32,000 nt of DNA from Nitrosomonadaceae bacterium (GTDB lineage Bacteria > Pseudomonadota > Gammaproteobacteria > Burkholderiales > Nitrosomonadaceae). Of this stretch, positions 9,681 through 20,225 are shown piece after piece; the stretch's first letter is position 1; every line of letters starts with the position of its first letter. The notes beneath the pieces are model-generated. The model was given only the letters and a program-made list of their open reading frames with translations, ran no database searches and had not been told where the DNA came from. A program made the translations under genes and the position numbers. The DNA is taken from NCBI GenBank assembly GCA_963663215.1, contig OY760140.1:1292233-1324232 (forward strand), given 5' to 3'.

Positions 9681-10052
9681 CTACTCGTCACTACGCACAT
9701 TAAAATCAAGGTACAAAGAAATATTCGCGAATAGCGGAGTTTTAACTGAATAGATAATGCTCAGAACTGCTTGTCCATTTTCTTTGTTGAATTCGATGTC
9801 ACCTTCGTCCACGACGCTTATATCATCTATTTGTGCTCGCTTATTAAATGACGTCCTTATTTCTGCTTTCGTTCCATTCTGCAAAACAGGATCATTGGCT
9901 ATTGCTATTAAAGTTGATTTTATTGCTGCGTACTCTCTGTACACCGGGACTAGTTTCATTCCTAAAACGGCAACAAAAAACAGCACAAACGACCACAAAA
10001 ATAAACCTGATAAACCTACGCCCCTTTGCTTATACATTACGTCGTGACGCAT
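9681..10052 (-). CDS. DUF4845-type small membrane-anchored protein
   Basis: One N-terminal TM helix (GLSGLFLWSFVLFFVAVLGMKLVPVY) followed by REYAAIKS.... This sits in the conserved slot between lepB and rnc in Betaproteobacteria. AGGAGA lies 5 nt upstream of ATG 10052. Confidence 0.7.
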   Translation of the reverse strand: MRHDVMYKQRGVGLSGLFLWSFVLFFVAVLGMKLVPVYREYAAIKSTLIAIANDPVLQNGTKAEIRTSFNKRAQIDDISVVDEGDIEFNKENGQAVLSIIYSVKTPLFANISLYLDFNVRSDE

Positions 10053-10086
10053 ATTATTCTCCTAAAATTTAAGAGCTCTACTCCAA

Positions 10087-10890
10087 CTACTTAATAGACA
10101 ATCCAACTCGGCTGAGATCACTGAAATTCCACCAAATCATAAAGGCCTTGCCAACTATATTACGCTCAGGAACAAACCCCCAGTAACGACTATCACTGCT
10201 ACTATCACGGTTATCTCCCATTGTGAAATAATTTCCAGCAGGTACCTTGCAGCTAAATCCAGAGTTATTGTAGTCACAATTTTCATGCGATGGAAACTGA
10301 CGTACCCCAGAAATCTGTATGCCAGGCATTGCCGGATTAAGAATAATGGTGTGGCTGTGCCCATTTAATGACTCTATATAGCTCCGACTGTACACATAAT
10401 TTAAACCAGATTCGACATAAGTATACTCGCCTGTTGGTTCCATTTTAACTGGAGCGTCATTCACGATCAGTTGCTTATTGTGATAAGTAATTAAATCTCC
10501 AGGAAGACCTACTATACGCTTGATGTAATCCATAGAAGGGTCATCAGGATAACGGAACACTAACACCTCACCACGCTTAGGCTCATTCGTATCAAGCACC
10601 TTTAAATTAATAACAGGCAACCGGATACCATAGGTATATTTATTAACCAGAATAAAATCTCCCACCAATAAAGTTGGAATCATTGATCCGGATGGAATCT
10701 TAAAAGGCTCCACCAAAAACGAGCGTAAACAGAATACAATCAGAATTACCGGGAAGAAACTTTTAGGATATTCCACCCACCACGGCTCATTAGACTCTGG
10801 TGAGCGACTACGCTGTAATACGAAGTAGTCAAGCAGCCAAATACAACCAGTAATTACCAGAAAGATCAACATGATGAGAGGAAAATTCAT
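10087..10890 (-). CDS. lepB: Signal peptidase I
   Basis: Catalytic Ser box PSGSMIPTL, Lys box YIKRIVGLPGD, and GDNRDSSSDSRYWGFVP. Confidence 0.95.
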   Translation of the reverse strand: MNFPLIMLIFLVITGCIWLLDYFVLQRSRSPESNEPWWVEYPKSFFPVILIVFCLRSFLVEPFKIPSGSMIPTLLVGDFILVNKYTYGIRLPVINLKVLDTNEPKRGEVLVFRYPDDPSMDYIKRIVGLPGDLITYHNKQLIVNDAPVKMEPTGEYTYVESGLNYVYSRSYIESLNGHSHTIILNPAMPGIQISGVRQFPSHENCDYNNSGFSCKVPAGNYFTMGDNRDSSSDSRYWGFVPERNIVGKAFMIWWNFSDLSRVGLSIK

Positions 10891-10980
10891 TCCGTGTCCT
10901 ATTAAATAATATCTATTATCCGACTAAACATGGATATCCACGTAGCCATATCAGTGTATGACTACCAACATTCTCTTCTA

Positions 10981-12777
10981 CTATTTGTCACCCACTTGTA
11001 GTATTGCTAGAAACGCTTCTTGTGGTATTTCTACATTGCCCACATGTTTCATCCGTTTCTTCCCTGCCTTCTGTTTTTCCAACAGCTTACGCTTTCGACT
11101 AATATCGCCTCCATAACATTTAGCGAGCACATTCTTACGCAATGCTTTGATGCTCTCTCTGGAGATGATGTGCGCACCAATCGCAGCCTGCACTGCAATA
11201 TCAAACATTTGACGTGGAATCAAACCACGCATTCTTCGCACCAATTCACGCGCCCGGTGATTGCTATTCGTACGATGCACTATAAGCGATAGTGCATCTA
11301 CTTTATCCCCATTGATGAGTATATCTAGCTTGACTAAATCGGAAGCACGAAATTCCTTAAACTCGTAATCTAGTGAAGCATATCCCCGACTTGTAGATTT
11401 GAGTTTGTCAAAGAAATCCATCACTACTTCGTTTAGCGGCATCTCATAAGTAAGCATCACTTGCCTACCCATATATTGCATGTTTTTCTGCACCCCACGC
11501 TTGCCAGTACATAGCGTAATTACAGAGCCAACATATTCCTGAGGAACTAGTATAGCGGCAGTAATAATTGGTTCGCGTATTTCCTCTATCTTAGAGGGGT
11601 CAGGCATTTTAGATGGATTCTCAATTTCTAATACCGTGCCGTCACGCATAACTATCTGACAAACTACCGTCGGTGCAGTAGTTATGAGGTCCACATTGTA
11701 TTCACGCTCTAAACGAGCCTGCACAATGTCCAAATGCAACAGACCAAGAAACCCACAACGGAAACCGAAACCTAAGGCCTGCGATGTTTCAGGCTCGTAC
11801 TGCAGTGAGGAATCATTGAGCTTTAATTTCTCCAGTGCGTCACGTAAAACGTCATATTGATTTGATTCAATCGGATATAATCCAGCGAATACTTGAGGCT
11901 TAATCTCTTTAAAACCAAGTAATGGTCGAGAGGCTGGACATTCTACCAGAGTAACAGTGTCTCCCACCCTGGCAGACTTTAACTCCTTGATACCAGAAGA
12001 AATGATAAAGCCAACTTCTCCTGCGCTTAGAGATGCCTTGCTTTTCGATTTAGGTGTAAATACACCGACCTCTTCACATAAGTAAGAGGCTTTACTCGCC
12101 ATGAGTAGAATCCTATCTTTAGGTTTGAGAACTCCATCTACCACTCGCACCAGCATCACGACTCCAACATAATTATCGAACCATGAATCAATAATAAGCG
12201 CTTTCAGCGGCGCAGCAGGATCCCCATTCGGCGCCGGAATACGTGTTATTACCTCTTCCAAGATATCCTTTACACCTTCGCCCGTCTTAGCACTGACGCG
12301 CAGAGCATCTTGGGCATCTATACCAATAATATCTCCAATTTCCTCAATAACGCGTGCAGGTTCGGCTGCAGGTAAGTCAATTTTATTTAGTATCGGTACC
12401 ACTTCAACACCCTGCTCAATGGCGGCATAACAATTTGCTACAGTCTGAGCTTCAACACCTTGTGACGCATCCACAACTAGCAACGCACCTTCGCAAGCAG
12501 CAAGGGATCGTGACACTTCGTAAGAAAAATCTACATGCCCAGGAGTATCGATCAGATTCAGAAGATAAGATTTACCTTCGCATGATTTATATTCAAGTGC
12601 GACAGTCTGTGCCTTTATGGTAATTCCACGTTCGCGCTCCAAATCCATTGAATCCAATACTTGCGCTTCCATTTCGCGATCTGATAAACCACCACACAAA
12701 TGAATGATACGATCAGCCAAGGTAGATTTGCCATGGTCAATGTGTGCGATAATAGAAAAATTGCGAATGTGCTGCAT
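10981..12777 (-). CDS. lepA: Translation elongation factor 4
   Basis: [23 protein letters not shown] and NKIDL motifs; full-length 598 aa with the LepA-specific C-terminal domain. Confidence 0.97.
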   Translation of the reverse strand: MQHIRNFSIIAHIDHGKSTLADRIIHLCGGLSDREMEAQVLDSMDLERERGITIKAQTVALEYKSCEGKSYLLNLIDTPGHVDFSYEVSRSLAACEGALLVVDASQGVEAQTVANCYAAIEQGVEVVPILNKIDLPAAEPARVIEEIGDIIGIDAQDALRVSAKTGEGVKDILEEVITRIPAPNGDPAAPLKALIIDSWFDNYVGVVMLVRVVDGVLKPKDRILLMASKASYLCEEVGVFTPKSKSKASLSAGEVGFIISSGIKELKSARVGDTVTLVECPASRPLLGFKEIKPQVFAGLYPIESNQYDVLRDALEKLKLNDSSLQYEPETSQALGFGFRCGFLGLLHLDIVQARLEREYNVDLITTAPTVVCQIVMRDGTVLEIENPSKMPDPSKIEEIREPIITAAILVPQEYVGSVITLCTGKRGVQKNMQYMGRQVMLTYEMPLNEVVMDFFDKLKSTSRGYASLDYEFKEFRASDLVKLDILINGDKVDALSLIVHRTNSNHRARELVRRMRGLIPRQMFDIAVQAAIGAHIISRESIKALRKNVLAKCYGGDISRKRKLLEKQKAGKKRMKHVGNVEIPQEAFLAILQVGDK

Positions 12778-12837
12778 TAGAGGTTAAAGTCCGATAAGCG
12801 GAGAAATAATGGTCAAGGTTTAGCACTGTGGAACAAC

Positions 12838-12861
12838 TAAAAAGGGCACATATTGTGCCCT
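12838..12861 (-). terminator. Rho-independent terminator after the degP/DUF836 unit
   Basis: Minus strand reads AGGGCACA-ata-TGTGCCCT followed by TTTT (five consecutive T counting the last stem base) (+ strand stem 12843-12861, A-run 12839-12843). It lies 76 nt downstream of the DUF836 stop and upstream of lepA. Confidence 0.55.
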
Positions 12862-12936
12862 CATGAAAGCTTATAGCTTGATTCCGAAGATGTTTTCCAC
12901 GTTGCCCGCTTTATGTTGATTCAAGAAGCGCACATT

Positions 12937-13251
12937 CTAGCGAATTTTAGCAAAATAAGCATCTAACGCGATTGGGTCAAGATGAAAATGACAGATTTCC
13001 TCTTCATCCGCTATTAGCACAGGAATACGTTCGCCGTACTGTGCTAATAGTTCGACGTTGCTGTCCACATCTACCAATTTAACATGGAAACAATACCGCA
13101 CCTGCAATTCCTTTAGAGCGGCGACCATGTCAAAGCAAAGATGGCATTCCTTTCGGCCATATATAATCAGACTAACTGATTCCGGCAGGACTAAACTACT
13201 TACTGTCGCCTCCTTTGAGCTGCATGGTAATAAATGAGGTTGTGTTGCCAC
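12937..13251 (-). CDS. Glutaredoxin-like small protein (DUF836 type)
   Basis: LIIYGRKECHLCFDMVAALKEL carries a CxxC motif in a thioredoxin-fold context. The start is uncertain: the track start at 13251 is GTG and lies 56 nt inside degP, and there is no ATG/GTG/TTG between the degP stop and the CHLC motif. Confidence 0.6.
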   Translation of the reverse strand: MATQPHLLPCSSKEATVSSLVLPESVSLIIYGRKECHLCFDMVAALKELQVRYCFHVKLVDVDSNVELLAQYGERIPVLIADEEEICHFHLDPIALDAYFAKIR

Positions 13252-14620
13252 GCTTTACTAGTAACGCGATATTGCGACCTTCCTTACTTTTGTTGAGCAA
13301 TTGATTAAATTGCTCAACAGTAGCCGCATCTTGGTTATTTATGCCAAGAATTATATCACCAGGACGTATTCCGACACGACTAGCGATACCTGGCCGTATA
13401 GCTTCTACCAGTAAACCACTATTCACTTCAAGTTGTTTTTTCTCATTGTTAGTGAGTTCGCGCAAAGCGAGCCCGATACGGTTAGATGTATCGGGCGCCT
13501 TGCTTTTTTTGCTTCCACGACTAGCAATTTTCTCATCTGATGGAAATTCATCTACTAACACTATCATTTTCTTAGTAGAGCCATTCCGCCACACTTGAAT
13601 TGATACCTTTGATCCTGGTTTAGTAGCCCCTACAATGCGTGGCAAATCGCTAGAAGTACTTACAGCTTTACCATCAAATCGCATGATCACATCTTTCGTT
13701 TTGATACCGGCTTCCTCTGCGGGACCCCCTTTTTGTACCAAAGTTACCAGGGCGCCACTAGGTTTAGCTAGACCAAATAATTCAGCTAATTCTTTGGTCA
13801 CTTCCTGAATCATCACGCCAATTCTGCCACGACTTACCTTCCCTGTATCTTTTAATTGGTTAGAAATGTCTGTAGCAACGTCAATAGGAATAGCAAATGA
13901 CAGACCCATGTAGCCACCTGTGCGGCTATATATCTGTGAGTTAATGCCAACCACTTCACCCTTCATATTAAACAACGGTCCCCCAGAATTTCCGGGATTT
14001 ATGGCTACGTCAGTCTGAATAAAAGGAACATAGTTTTCCTGTGCTAATGATCGCCCCTTAGCACTGACAATACCAGCTGTCACACTGCTCTCAAAGCCAA
14101 ATGGCGATCCAATCGCCACAACCCATTCACCTACTTTGAGTTTGTTGGGATCTCCTTGGGTTACTTGAGGTAAATTGCTGGCCTCTATCTTCAGAAGAGC
14201 TATATCAGTCTTGCGGTCAACGCCTATTATTTCAGCTCGAAATTCTCGTTTATCGTTCAATTTGACAGTAATTTCATCAGCAGCATTGACTACATGAGCA
14301 TTGGTCAAAATATACCCGTCTGCACTGATGATAAAACCTGAGCCTAGCGATTTAGATTCAAACTCCCTAGGAGCCCCCTTAGGAATAACGCCATGAGGTG
14401 TATGGCGACGAAAAAATTCGAAAAACGGACTGTTCTCTGGAATATTTGGCATTCCTGGAATTACCTGATTCTCGTATGTATTATGGATCTGGGTGGTACT
14501 AATATTCACTACGGCCGCCCCTTGCTTTTCAATGAGATCAGTAAAGTCAGGCAACTTTTTAGTCTGCGCAAAAACAGAGAAAGAAAGTCCGAATAACAAT
14601 GCTAGAAAAAATTTATGCAT
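13196..14620 (-). CDS. Periplasmic serine endoprotease, DegP/DegQ/MucD (HtrA) family
   Basis: Signal peptide MHKFFLALLFGLSFSVFAQ. Catalytic triad context TNAHVV ... D ... GNSGGPL. Two PDZ domains. I use ATG at 14620 because the track start at 14623 is TTG. Confidence 0.9.
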   Translation of the reverse strand: MHKFFLALLFGLSFSVFAQTKKLPDFTDLIEKQGAAVVNISTTQIHNTYENQVIPGMPNIPENSPFFEFFRRHTPHGVIPKGAPREFESKSLGSGFIISADGYILTNAHVVNAADEITVKLNDKREFRAEIIGVDRKTDIALLKIEASNLPQVTQGDPNKLKVGEWVVAIGSPFGFESSVTAGIVSAKGRSLAQENYVPFIQTDVAINPGNSGGPLFNMKGEVVGINSQIYSRTGGYMGLSFAIPIDVATDISNQLKDTGKVSRGRIGVMIQEVTKELAELFGLAKPSGALVTLVQKGGPAEEAGIKTKDVIMRFDGKAVSTSSDLPRIVGATKPGSKVSIQVWRNGSTKKMIVLVDEFPSDEKIASRGSKKSKAPDTSNRIGLALRELTNNEKKQLEVNSGLLVEAIRPGIASRVGIRPGDIILGINNQDAATVEQFNQLLNKSKEGRNIALLVKRGNTTSFITMQLKGGDSK

Positions 14621-14819
14621 CAATTTCTTGTCCTTGAAAAATTAATACTACGCAGTTGAAATCCTCAACCTGAACTTTGGTCAAGTTTTATATCTGGAAT
14701 TATCTCGGGTTGATGCTAAAAAATCTAAACAAAGTGAAGAAAATACATGGCTTAATTCTTTTGCTAGTTCTGTTCTTCTTGTATCAAGTCAATCATAATT
14801 TTATTATTATGATTGCTCT

Positions 14820-15821
14820 TTATTCTGCCCATTTGACTTTGTAATTTACCACAGAGTTACCAATCTGTATCACTGTTGCCGGCGGCACCTCTCCTATCGT
14901 AGTAACCATATTACCTCCCACTGTTCGGGTATAAATATTCATGGCACCCTGGCGAGGAAAGGATTTTTGAACGGGCTGAAAATCACCTTCTTCAGCTGGC
15001 TCAATAAACACTGAAACAGCGGCCAGACCATCCGAAAGCGTAATATGGCTAATAGGTGTAGTTCTTCCAGAAAGGCTACGCTTCACCTCGATGACTTTCA
15101 TGAAGCCGGGAGGGAGGTTTTCTACCTGCCAACCAAGTTCACCTTTCTCCATCTTGGAAGACACTAGATTGGTAATATGCAACTTAGCAGATTTTGTAAG
15201 ATAGTTGGGCTTCAACAGTTCTTCATCTATTTCACCATCAATTTCCAATTGGGTAAAAACAAACTGTTCCACCACCTGGCCCCTATCCATCACTGCTGCT
15301 TTAAGTAACAAACCAGTAGAGATATCCACCCACAACTTTTGGCTATAGCGCATATTATCCCTAGATTCCAGCACAATTACTTGACACTCGTAATCACTAA
15401 TTCGCTGCCTCCCACCTTTTTTTACAATATAGTTGTCGTTAAGCCTACTCAACGGTTCTGGCAACAGCGCAGGAAAGAATTTGCGCAACCCTCGTTTTTC
15501 GGTTACCACGGTATTTCTTTCCGGAAAATAACATCTCACTTCATCATTGTTACGAATGACCTCACGCGGCGAACCATCGAGTACCTCGATTCTCTCCCTT
15601 TCCCCCTCCTTATCCACCTTGTGTACGACTCGCGAGGTCTCCATATGACCTCCAGAAGAATATACAAAAGTGCCAATGTAATTGTGCAGACGGGGAGCAG
15701 CTACAATTCTTTGTAACCAGCGCTGCGCTTCTGCTGACGTACTAGTAGGGTCCTGTGCAAATGAGGGCATTACAAGACCAGATAGCAACAATAAGGGAAC
15801 TATCGCAACTCTTCTTGTCAT
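14820..15821 (-). CDS. rseB: Sigma-E regulatory protein RseB/MucB
   Basis: Signal peptide followed by AQRWLQRIVAAPRLHNYIGTFVY...VLDGSPREVIRNNDEVRCYFPE, typical of MucB/RseB. The start ATG overlaps the rseA stop (ATGA). Confidence 0.85.
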   Translation of the reverse strand: MTRRVAIVPLLLLSGLVMPSFAQDPTSTSAEAQRWLQRIVAAPRLHNYIGTFVYSSGGHMETSRVVHKVDKEGERERIEVLDGSPREVIRNNDEVRCYFPERNTVVTEKRGLRKFFPALLPEPLSRLNDNYIVKKGGRQRISDYECQVIVLESRDNMRYSQKLWVDISTGLLLKAAVMDRGQVVEQFVFTQLEIDGEIDEELLKPNYLTKSAKLHITNLVSSKMEKGELGWQVENLPPGFMKVIEVKRSLSGRTTPISHITLSDGLAAVSVFIEPAEEGDFQPVQKSFPRQGAMNIYTRTVGGNMVTTIGEVPPATVIQIGNSVVNYKVKWAE

Positions 15822-16351
15822 CTGGTAGATCTCTTGTCCGAATCAGAAACTGTATATATATAAGGATAAGGCGCTACACCATGCATCGACACGCGAGGAG
15901 AAAATTCCCCATGTACTAGTAAATAGTCATTAATTTGAGCTGGTACGGGAATAGAAGCAGGAATAACGGTGGGTTCTGACTGTACAGCCGCTTGAAGAAC
16001 TGATTTGTCAGCAATAGATTCCAATGGTCGATCCATAGTCTGCACACTCATCCACACCACTGCGGCCACTGCTGTCATCATCGAAGCTGCAACCGAAAAA
16101 GCAAAAACCCTACCCTTGTGTTCTGAAGGAAGGTATGGCGCCAACACGGTCGGTTCTGCGGCAAGTTTCTTGCTAACTTGTAATGTAATGTCAATAGGCA
16201 CCGCTACCGAATGACGCAAGGTATCACCAATTAAATGATAAATCGCCCAGTCGTTGCGTAGATCTTCTGTTTTCTTAATTTGAGCAATGGTATCAGCAAT
16301 ATCAACGTTATCCAATTCACCGTCCATCAATGCCGATATTTTATTTTTCAT
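15818..16351 (-). CDS. rseA: Anti-sigma-E factor RseA/MucA
   Basis: N-terminal ISALMDGELD...WAIYHLIGDTLR (RseA_N type) and a central TM helix (VFAFSVAASMMTAVAAVVWM). Located between rpoE and rseB. Confidence 0.8.
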   Translation of the reverse strand: MKNKISALMDGELDNVDIADTIAQIKKTEDLRNDWAIYHLIGDTLRHSVAVPIDITLQVSKKLAAEPTVLAPYLPSEHKGRVFAFSVAASMMTAVAAVVWMSVQTMDRPLESIADKSVLQAAVQSEPTVIPASIPVPAQINDYLLVHGEFSPRVSMHGVAPYPYIYTVSDSDKRSTR

Positions 16352-16352
16352 G

Positions 16353-16955
16353 CTACCACCTTTTATCTTTGCCGATTTCCATCACGGATTGTAATTTATC
16401 TGCTATCGCTTCACGCGCACGAAATATTCTTGATCGTACTGTGCCAGTAGGGCAGCTCATAATGCTTGCAATTTCCTCATAACTCAACCCCTCGATTTCT
16501 CTTAGAGTAATCGCCGAACGCAATTCCTCTGGTAATGCTTGTAAAGCCTGATGCACCGTTTGAGCAATCTGCTTACTCATTAACTCATTTTCAGGAGTAT
16601 TCAGCTCCCGCAATTGACTTCCTTCCTCAAAATTTTCAGCAACCTCAATATCAAATTCGTTGGTAATGGTCGATGCTCGCCGCTTCTGGGCTACCAAAAA
16701 ATTCTTTGCTGCATTAATACCTATGCGATACAACCAAGTATAAAAAGCACTATCGCCACGGAACGATGATAGTGACCTATAAGCCTTAATAAAAGTCTCC
16801 TGTGTAACATCTTCAACCTCAGCGGAATCACGAATGAATTGCGACAACAATCGAGCCAGCTTCCGTTGATATTTGACCACCAATAAATCGAACGCTCGCT
16901 TATCTCCACGCTGTGCGCGTTCAACTAATTGCTGATCAATTTCTCGGTCACCCAT
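16353..16955 (-). CDS. rpoE: ECF RNA polymerase sigma factor sigma-E (sigma-24)
   Basis: QLVERAQRGDKRAFDLLVVKYQRKL and region 4 LSYEEIASIMSCPTGTVRSRIFRAREAI are near-colinear with E. coli RpoE as I recall it. The track start at 16964 is GTG. ATG at 16955 aligns better and has AGGGAA upstream. Confidence 0.95.
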   Translation of the reverse strand: MGDREIDQQLVERAQRGDKRAFDLLVVKYQRKLARLLSQFIRDSAEVEDVTQETFIKAYRSLSSFRGDSAFYTWLYRIGINAAKNFLVAQKRRASTITNEFDIEVAENFEEGSQLRELNTPENELMSKQIAQTVHQALQALPEELRSAITLREIEGLSYEEIASIMSCPTGTVRSRIFRAREAIADKLQSVMEIGKDKRW

Positions 16956-17073
16956 ATGCTGCACATTCCCTGAATTTTATGAATTATACTTGTGGTCACA
17001 ACTGCATCATGACACGGCAGGTCAAGTATACTCGTTCAGAGTTTCATTCGAAAACCGAGAATCACTTCTTACT

Positions 17074-17133
17074 ATGTATGGTCTGTCCTACAGGACAACA
17101 TACATCCTATCTGTGCTAAGAGACAACATACAT
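17074..17133. promoter_or_regulatory. Palindrome plus 12-bp direct repeat in the rpoE/nadB divergent intergenic region (candidate operator)
   Basis: ATGTATGgtcTGTCCT-ac-AGGACAaCATACAT spans 17074-17105, with a perfect core TGTCCTACAGGACA at 17084-17097. GACAACATACAT occurs twice, at 17094-17105 and 17122-17133. The binding factor is unknown. Confidence 0.3.
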
Positions 17134-17252
17134 ACTACATTAGTTCACATTAAAAAAGGTTATTCCACGAAAACTGTGCGGTATTATAAATGCCACGTAT
17201 AAATTCTGTTATGATTTTTGAATAACGGTTTGTGAAGCTAACTTAGATTCTA

Positions 17253-18839
17253 ATGTCTCATACCTATTTTGACACTCTCATTATCGGCAGTGGTCTCGCC
17301 GGCCTCACGCTTGCACTTAACCTAGCAAAAAGCAAAAAAGTTGGCCTTATCACTAAACAGACATTACTTGATGGTGCCAGTAGCTGGGCTCAAGGCGGCA
17401 TCGCTGCTGCGCTTTCTGAAAAAGATTCGCCTGAAGTCCATATACGCGACACACTAAGTGCAGGTGCTGGGTTGTGCAATGAAGAAATTACACGCAGCGT
17501 ATTGAAAAATGGCCCACAAGCCATCCAGTGGCTAATTGCACAAGGAGTACCATTTACCCGTGACCAAGGTAACAAAACTGGTTATCACCTTACAAGGGAA
17601 GGGGGTCATAGTGTACGTCGAGTGATTCATGCGGCAGACACTACTGGGCAAGCAGTACAACGAACCTTGGGTGAGAAAGCTCGCGCTCATACGAATATCA
17701 CCGTGCTTGAGCACCATATCGCGATCGATCTCATCACCAGCATAAAATTAGGCCTCTCAGACAATGATGGCAACAATTGCTATGGCGCTTATGCATTGGA
17801 TAATCTGTCAGGCCAAGTCAGCACCTTCTCCGCACAAAATACAGTGCTGGCAACTGGTGGGGCTGGTAAAGTTTACCTCTATACCACCAATCCTGATACA
17901 GCTACTGGAGATGGTATTGCAATGGGATGGCGCGCGGGTTGCCGCGTTGCCAATATGGAATTCATTCAGTTTCACCCTACTTGCCTTTACCATCCCCACG
18001 CCAAATCGTTCCTAATCACTGAAACAGTACGCGGGGAAGGCGGTCTACTAAAACTTCTGGACGGCAAGCGCTTCATGCCGTTGCATGATGAGCGCGCTGA
18101 GCTTGCGCCACGCGACATTGTCGCCCGCGCCATTGATTTTGAAATGAAAAAAAAGGGTCTTGATTGTGTTTATCTTGACATTTCACACAAATCGGCATAT
18201 TTCCTGAAGGAACACTTCCCATATATTTACGCCCGTTGCCTGGAACTAGGCATAGACATTACTCGAGACCCCATCCCGGTAGTACCCGCAGCTCATTACA
18301 CCTGTGGCGGTATCGTCACCAACTTAAACGGTAAAACCAACCTGGGCAATCTATATGCAATAGGCGAAACCGCACACACGGGACTTCACGGCGCCAACCG
18401 GCTTGCAAGTAATTCGCTGCTAGAGTGTCTCGTATTCGGACAAGCAGCTGCCGAGGATATACTTAATCAAGCACCTTTACCTACTATGAAATTACCACAA
18501 TGGGATGAAAGTCGAGTTACTGACGCCGACGAAGAAATTATTATCTCGCATAACTGGGATGAATTACGCCGTTTTATGTGGAGTTATGTTGGTATCGTTC
18601 GAACCAATAAACGTCTTCAGCGTGCGCAACACCGTATAAAGTTACTGCATGAAGAAATCAATGAATATTATGCAAACTTCCGCGTGACTAGCGATCTGTT
18701 AGAGCTTCGCAATCTGGTAAGCACTGCCGACCTGATCGTGCAAAGTGCTATGCTGCGTCATGAAAGCCGTGGGCTGCATTTTAGCCTAGATTATCCGGAT
18801 ATGCTGCAACATGCGAAGGATACGGTATTAAAAAGATAG
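17253..18839 (+). CDS. nadB: L-aspartate oxidase
   Basis: FAD-binding N-terminus [12 protein letters not shown], plus [17 protein letters not shown] and [15 protein letters not shown] motifs; 528 aa. Divergent from rpoE, as in E. coli. Confidence 0.95.
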   Translation: MSHTYFDTLIIGSGLAGLTLALNLAKSKKVGLITKQTLLDGASSWAQGGIAAALSEKDSPEVHIRDTLSAGAGLCNEEITRSVLKNGPQAIQWLIAQGVPFTRDQGNKTGYHLTREGGHSVRRVIHAADTTGQAVQRTLGEKARAHTNITVLEHHIAIDLITSIKLGLSDNDGNNCYGAYALDNLSGQVSTFSAQNTVLATGGAGKVYLYTTNPDTATGDGIAMGWRAGCRVANMEFIQFHPTCLYHPHAKSFLITETVRGEGGLLKLLDGKRFMPLHDERAELAPRDIVARAIDFEMKKKGLDCVYLDISHKSAYFLKEHFPYIYARCLELGIDITRDPIPVVPAAHYTCGGIVTNLNGKTNLGNLYAIGETAHTGLHGANRLASNSLLECLVFGQAAAEDILNQAPLPTMKLPQWDESRVTDADEEIIISHNWDELRRFMWSYVGIVRTNKRLQRAQHRIKLLHEEINEYYANFRVTSDLLELRNLVSTADLIVQSAMLRHESRGLHFSLDYPDMLQHAKDTVLKR

Positions 18840-19079
18840 TGCTTCCACCTAGCGTTTCCACCTCTAATACAACTATTTTGTCAGCAAGCTGAACTCCTTA
18901 AACTGTATTTCATAGAACAAGAGTTCAATGCCAGCTAAAATAGACAAAACCAGCATCACTGTATACAGTGTAGAAGCTTTAACATGAATGATAAAAAGAG
19001 CGCAGCTGACACAAAATATCTCACTCCTGACAATTAGCCATATAATATTAGTGCTCTTCATCATTCATACTTTTCCTGC

Positions 19080-20114
19080 ATGAACCTAGCTTGGCAAACT
19101 TACTTACAAAGTCGCAATGCAGTCATCAAAGATAACTGCATTGCTCACTATGGCGATGCCTCTACCGAGCTTGAAAATACCCGCTCTGGGACGATACTAG
19201 CTGATCTTTCACATTTTGGATTGATTTATTTCTCTGGCGAGGATGCTTCAACATTCCTACAGAGTCAGTTAAGTTGTGACGTTAGGAAAATTGATCTCTA
19301 TACAGCTCAATATGGTAGCTGCTGCACCCCAAAGGGAAGAATGCTAGCGAGCTTTCTGATATGGCACAATGGTGACGGATACTTTATGCAATTACCAATG
19401 ACACTGTACACAACAATAGAGAAACGTTTATCTATGTTTGTGCTACGTTCCAAGGTAAAGTTGGCTGATAATAGCAACACACTAGTACGCATTGGCATTG
19501 CCGGAAAACATGCTAAAGCAGCGATAGAAAAAACATTTGCCTCAGCTCCCTGTCCTCATCTTGGCGTAGTTCACAATAAACAGGAAAGTATACTCTGTCT
19601 TGCTCAGAATCGTTTTGAAATCATCACTACACCAGAACATGCCCCCAAGCTATGGAAGTATTTAAGAAAATATGCTGTACCGGTGGGTAAATCCTGCTGG
19701 GAATGGTTGGATATAAAAGCCGGAATTCCTATCATCACGCCCGCTACCCAAGAACAATTTGTACCCCAAATGACGAACCTGGAAGCTATTGGTGGGATAA
19801 GTTTTCAGAAAGGTTGCTATCCAGGACAGGAAATTGTTTCGCGCACCCAATATTTGGGCAAATTAAAACGCCGTATGTATCTTGCAAATATCCTCACAAC
19901 AGAGCATATTGAGGCTGGGGACGAGCTGTACAGCGATGACATGGAAGAACAATCAAGTGGCATGATAGTCAATGCAGCACCCTCACCTGATGGTGGTTAT
20001 GACGTACTAGCAGTGATCCAAATAGATAGTGTCAAAACCGGGGAAATTTATTGGAAGATTTTAAATGGCCCTATGCTAGAGATCATGCCACTACCCTATT
20101 TGCTTAAATACTAA
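19080..20114 (+). CDS. ygfZ: Folate-binding Fe-S cluster repair / tRNA-modification protein YgfZ (GcvT-like)
   Basis: Signature KGCYPGQEIVSRTQYLGKLKRRMY near the C-terminal third; 344 aa aminomethyltransferase-like fold. Confidence 0.85.
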   Translation: MNLAWQTYLQSRNAVIKDNCIAHYGDASTELENTRSGTILADLSHFGLIYFSGEDASTFLQSQLSCDVRKIDLYTAQYGSCCTPKGRMLASFLIWHNGDGYFMQLPMTLYTTIEKRLSMFVLRSKVKLADNSNTLVRIGIAGKHAKAAIEKTFASAPCPHLGVVHNKQESILCLAQNRFEIITTPEHAPKLWKYLRKYAVPVGKSCWEWLDIKAGIPIITPATQEQFVPQMTNLEAIGGISFQKGCYPGQEIVSRTQYLGKLKRRMYLANILTTEHIEAGDELYSDDMEEQSSGMIVNAAPSPDGGYDVLAVIQIDSVKTGEIYWKILNGPMLEIMPLPYLLKY

Positions 20115-20225
20115 GATACAACATAACCAAATGATATCCAGCTGGTTATATTCAAAATAAGCCAATTTAATTCGTATTTTGTATTCCTAGGGAAGAAGGT
20201 CTGATTATTTCAGGCCCTAAATATT

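Noticed and set aside
14624-14819. A search for a sigma-E-type promoter (GGAACTT-N16-TCAAA-like) upstream of degP and upstream of rpoE (16965-17100).
   Set aside because: I found only partial matches (for example AAAACTT with no properly spaced TCAAA/TCTGA, and a TATAAT at 16989-16984 without a convincing -35). This is not good enough to annotate.
15339-15716. 125-aa ORF antisense to rseB.
   Set aside because: It is a shadow frame within a confidently called gene, with no recognisable domain and no RBS.
18873-19064. 63-aa hydrophobic ORF (MMKSTNIIWLIVRSEIF...) between nadB and ygfZ, with AGGAAA 7 nt upstream of its ATG.
   Set aside because: I recognise no family. Its start is only 16 nt from the divergent ygfZ ATG, and its 5' end is occupied by a good TATAAT box (19041-19046, + strand) that more plausibly drives ygfZ. 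AT-rich DNA readily yields hydrophobic frames. It could be a real small membrane protein, but it is unsupported.
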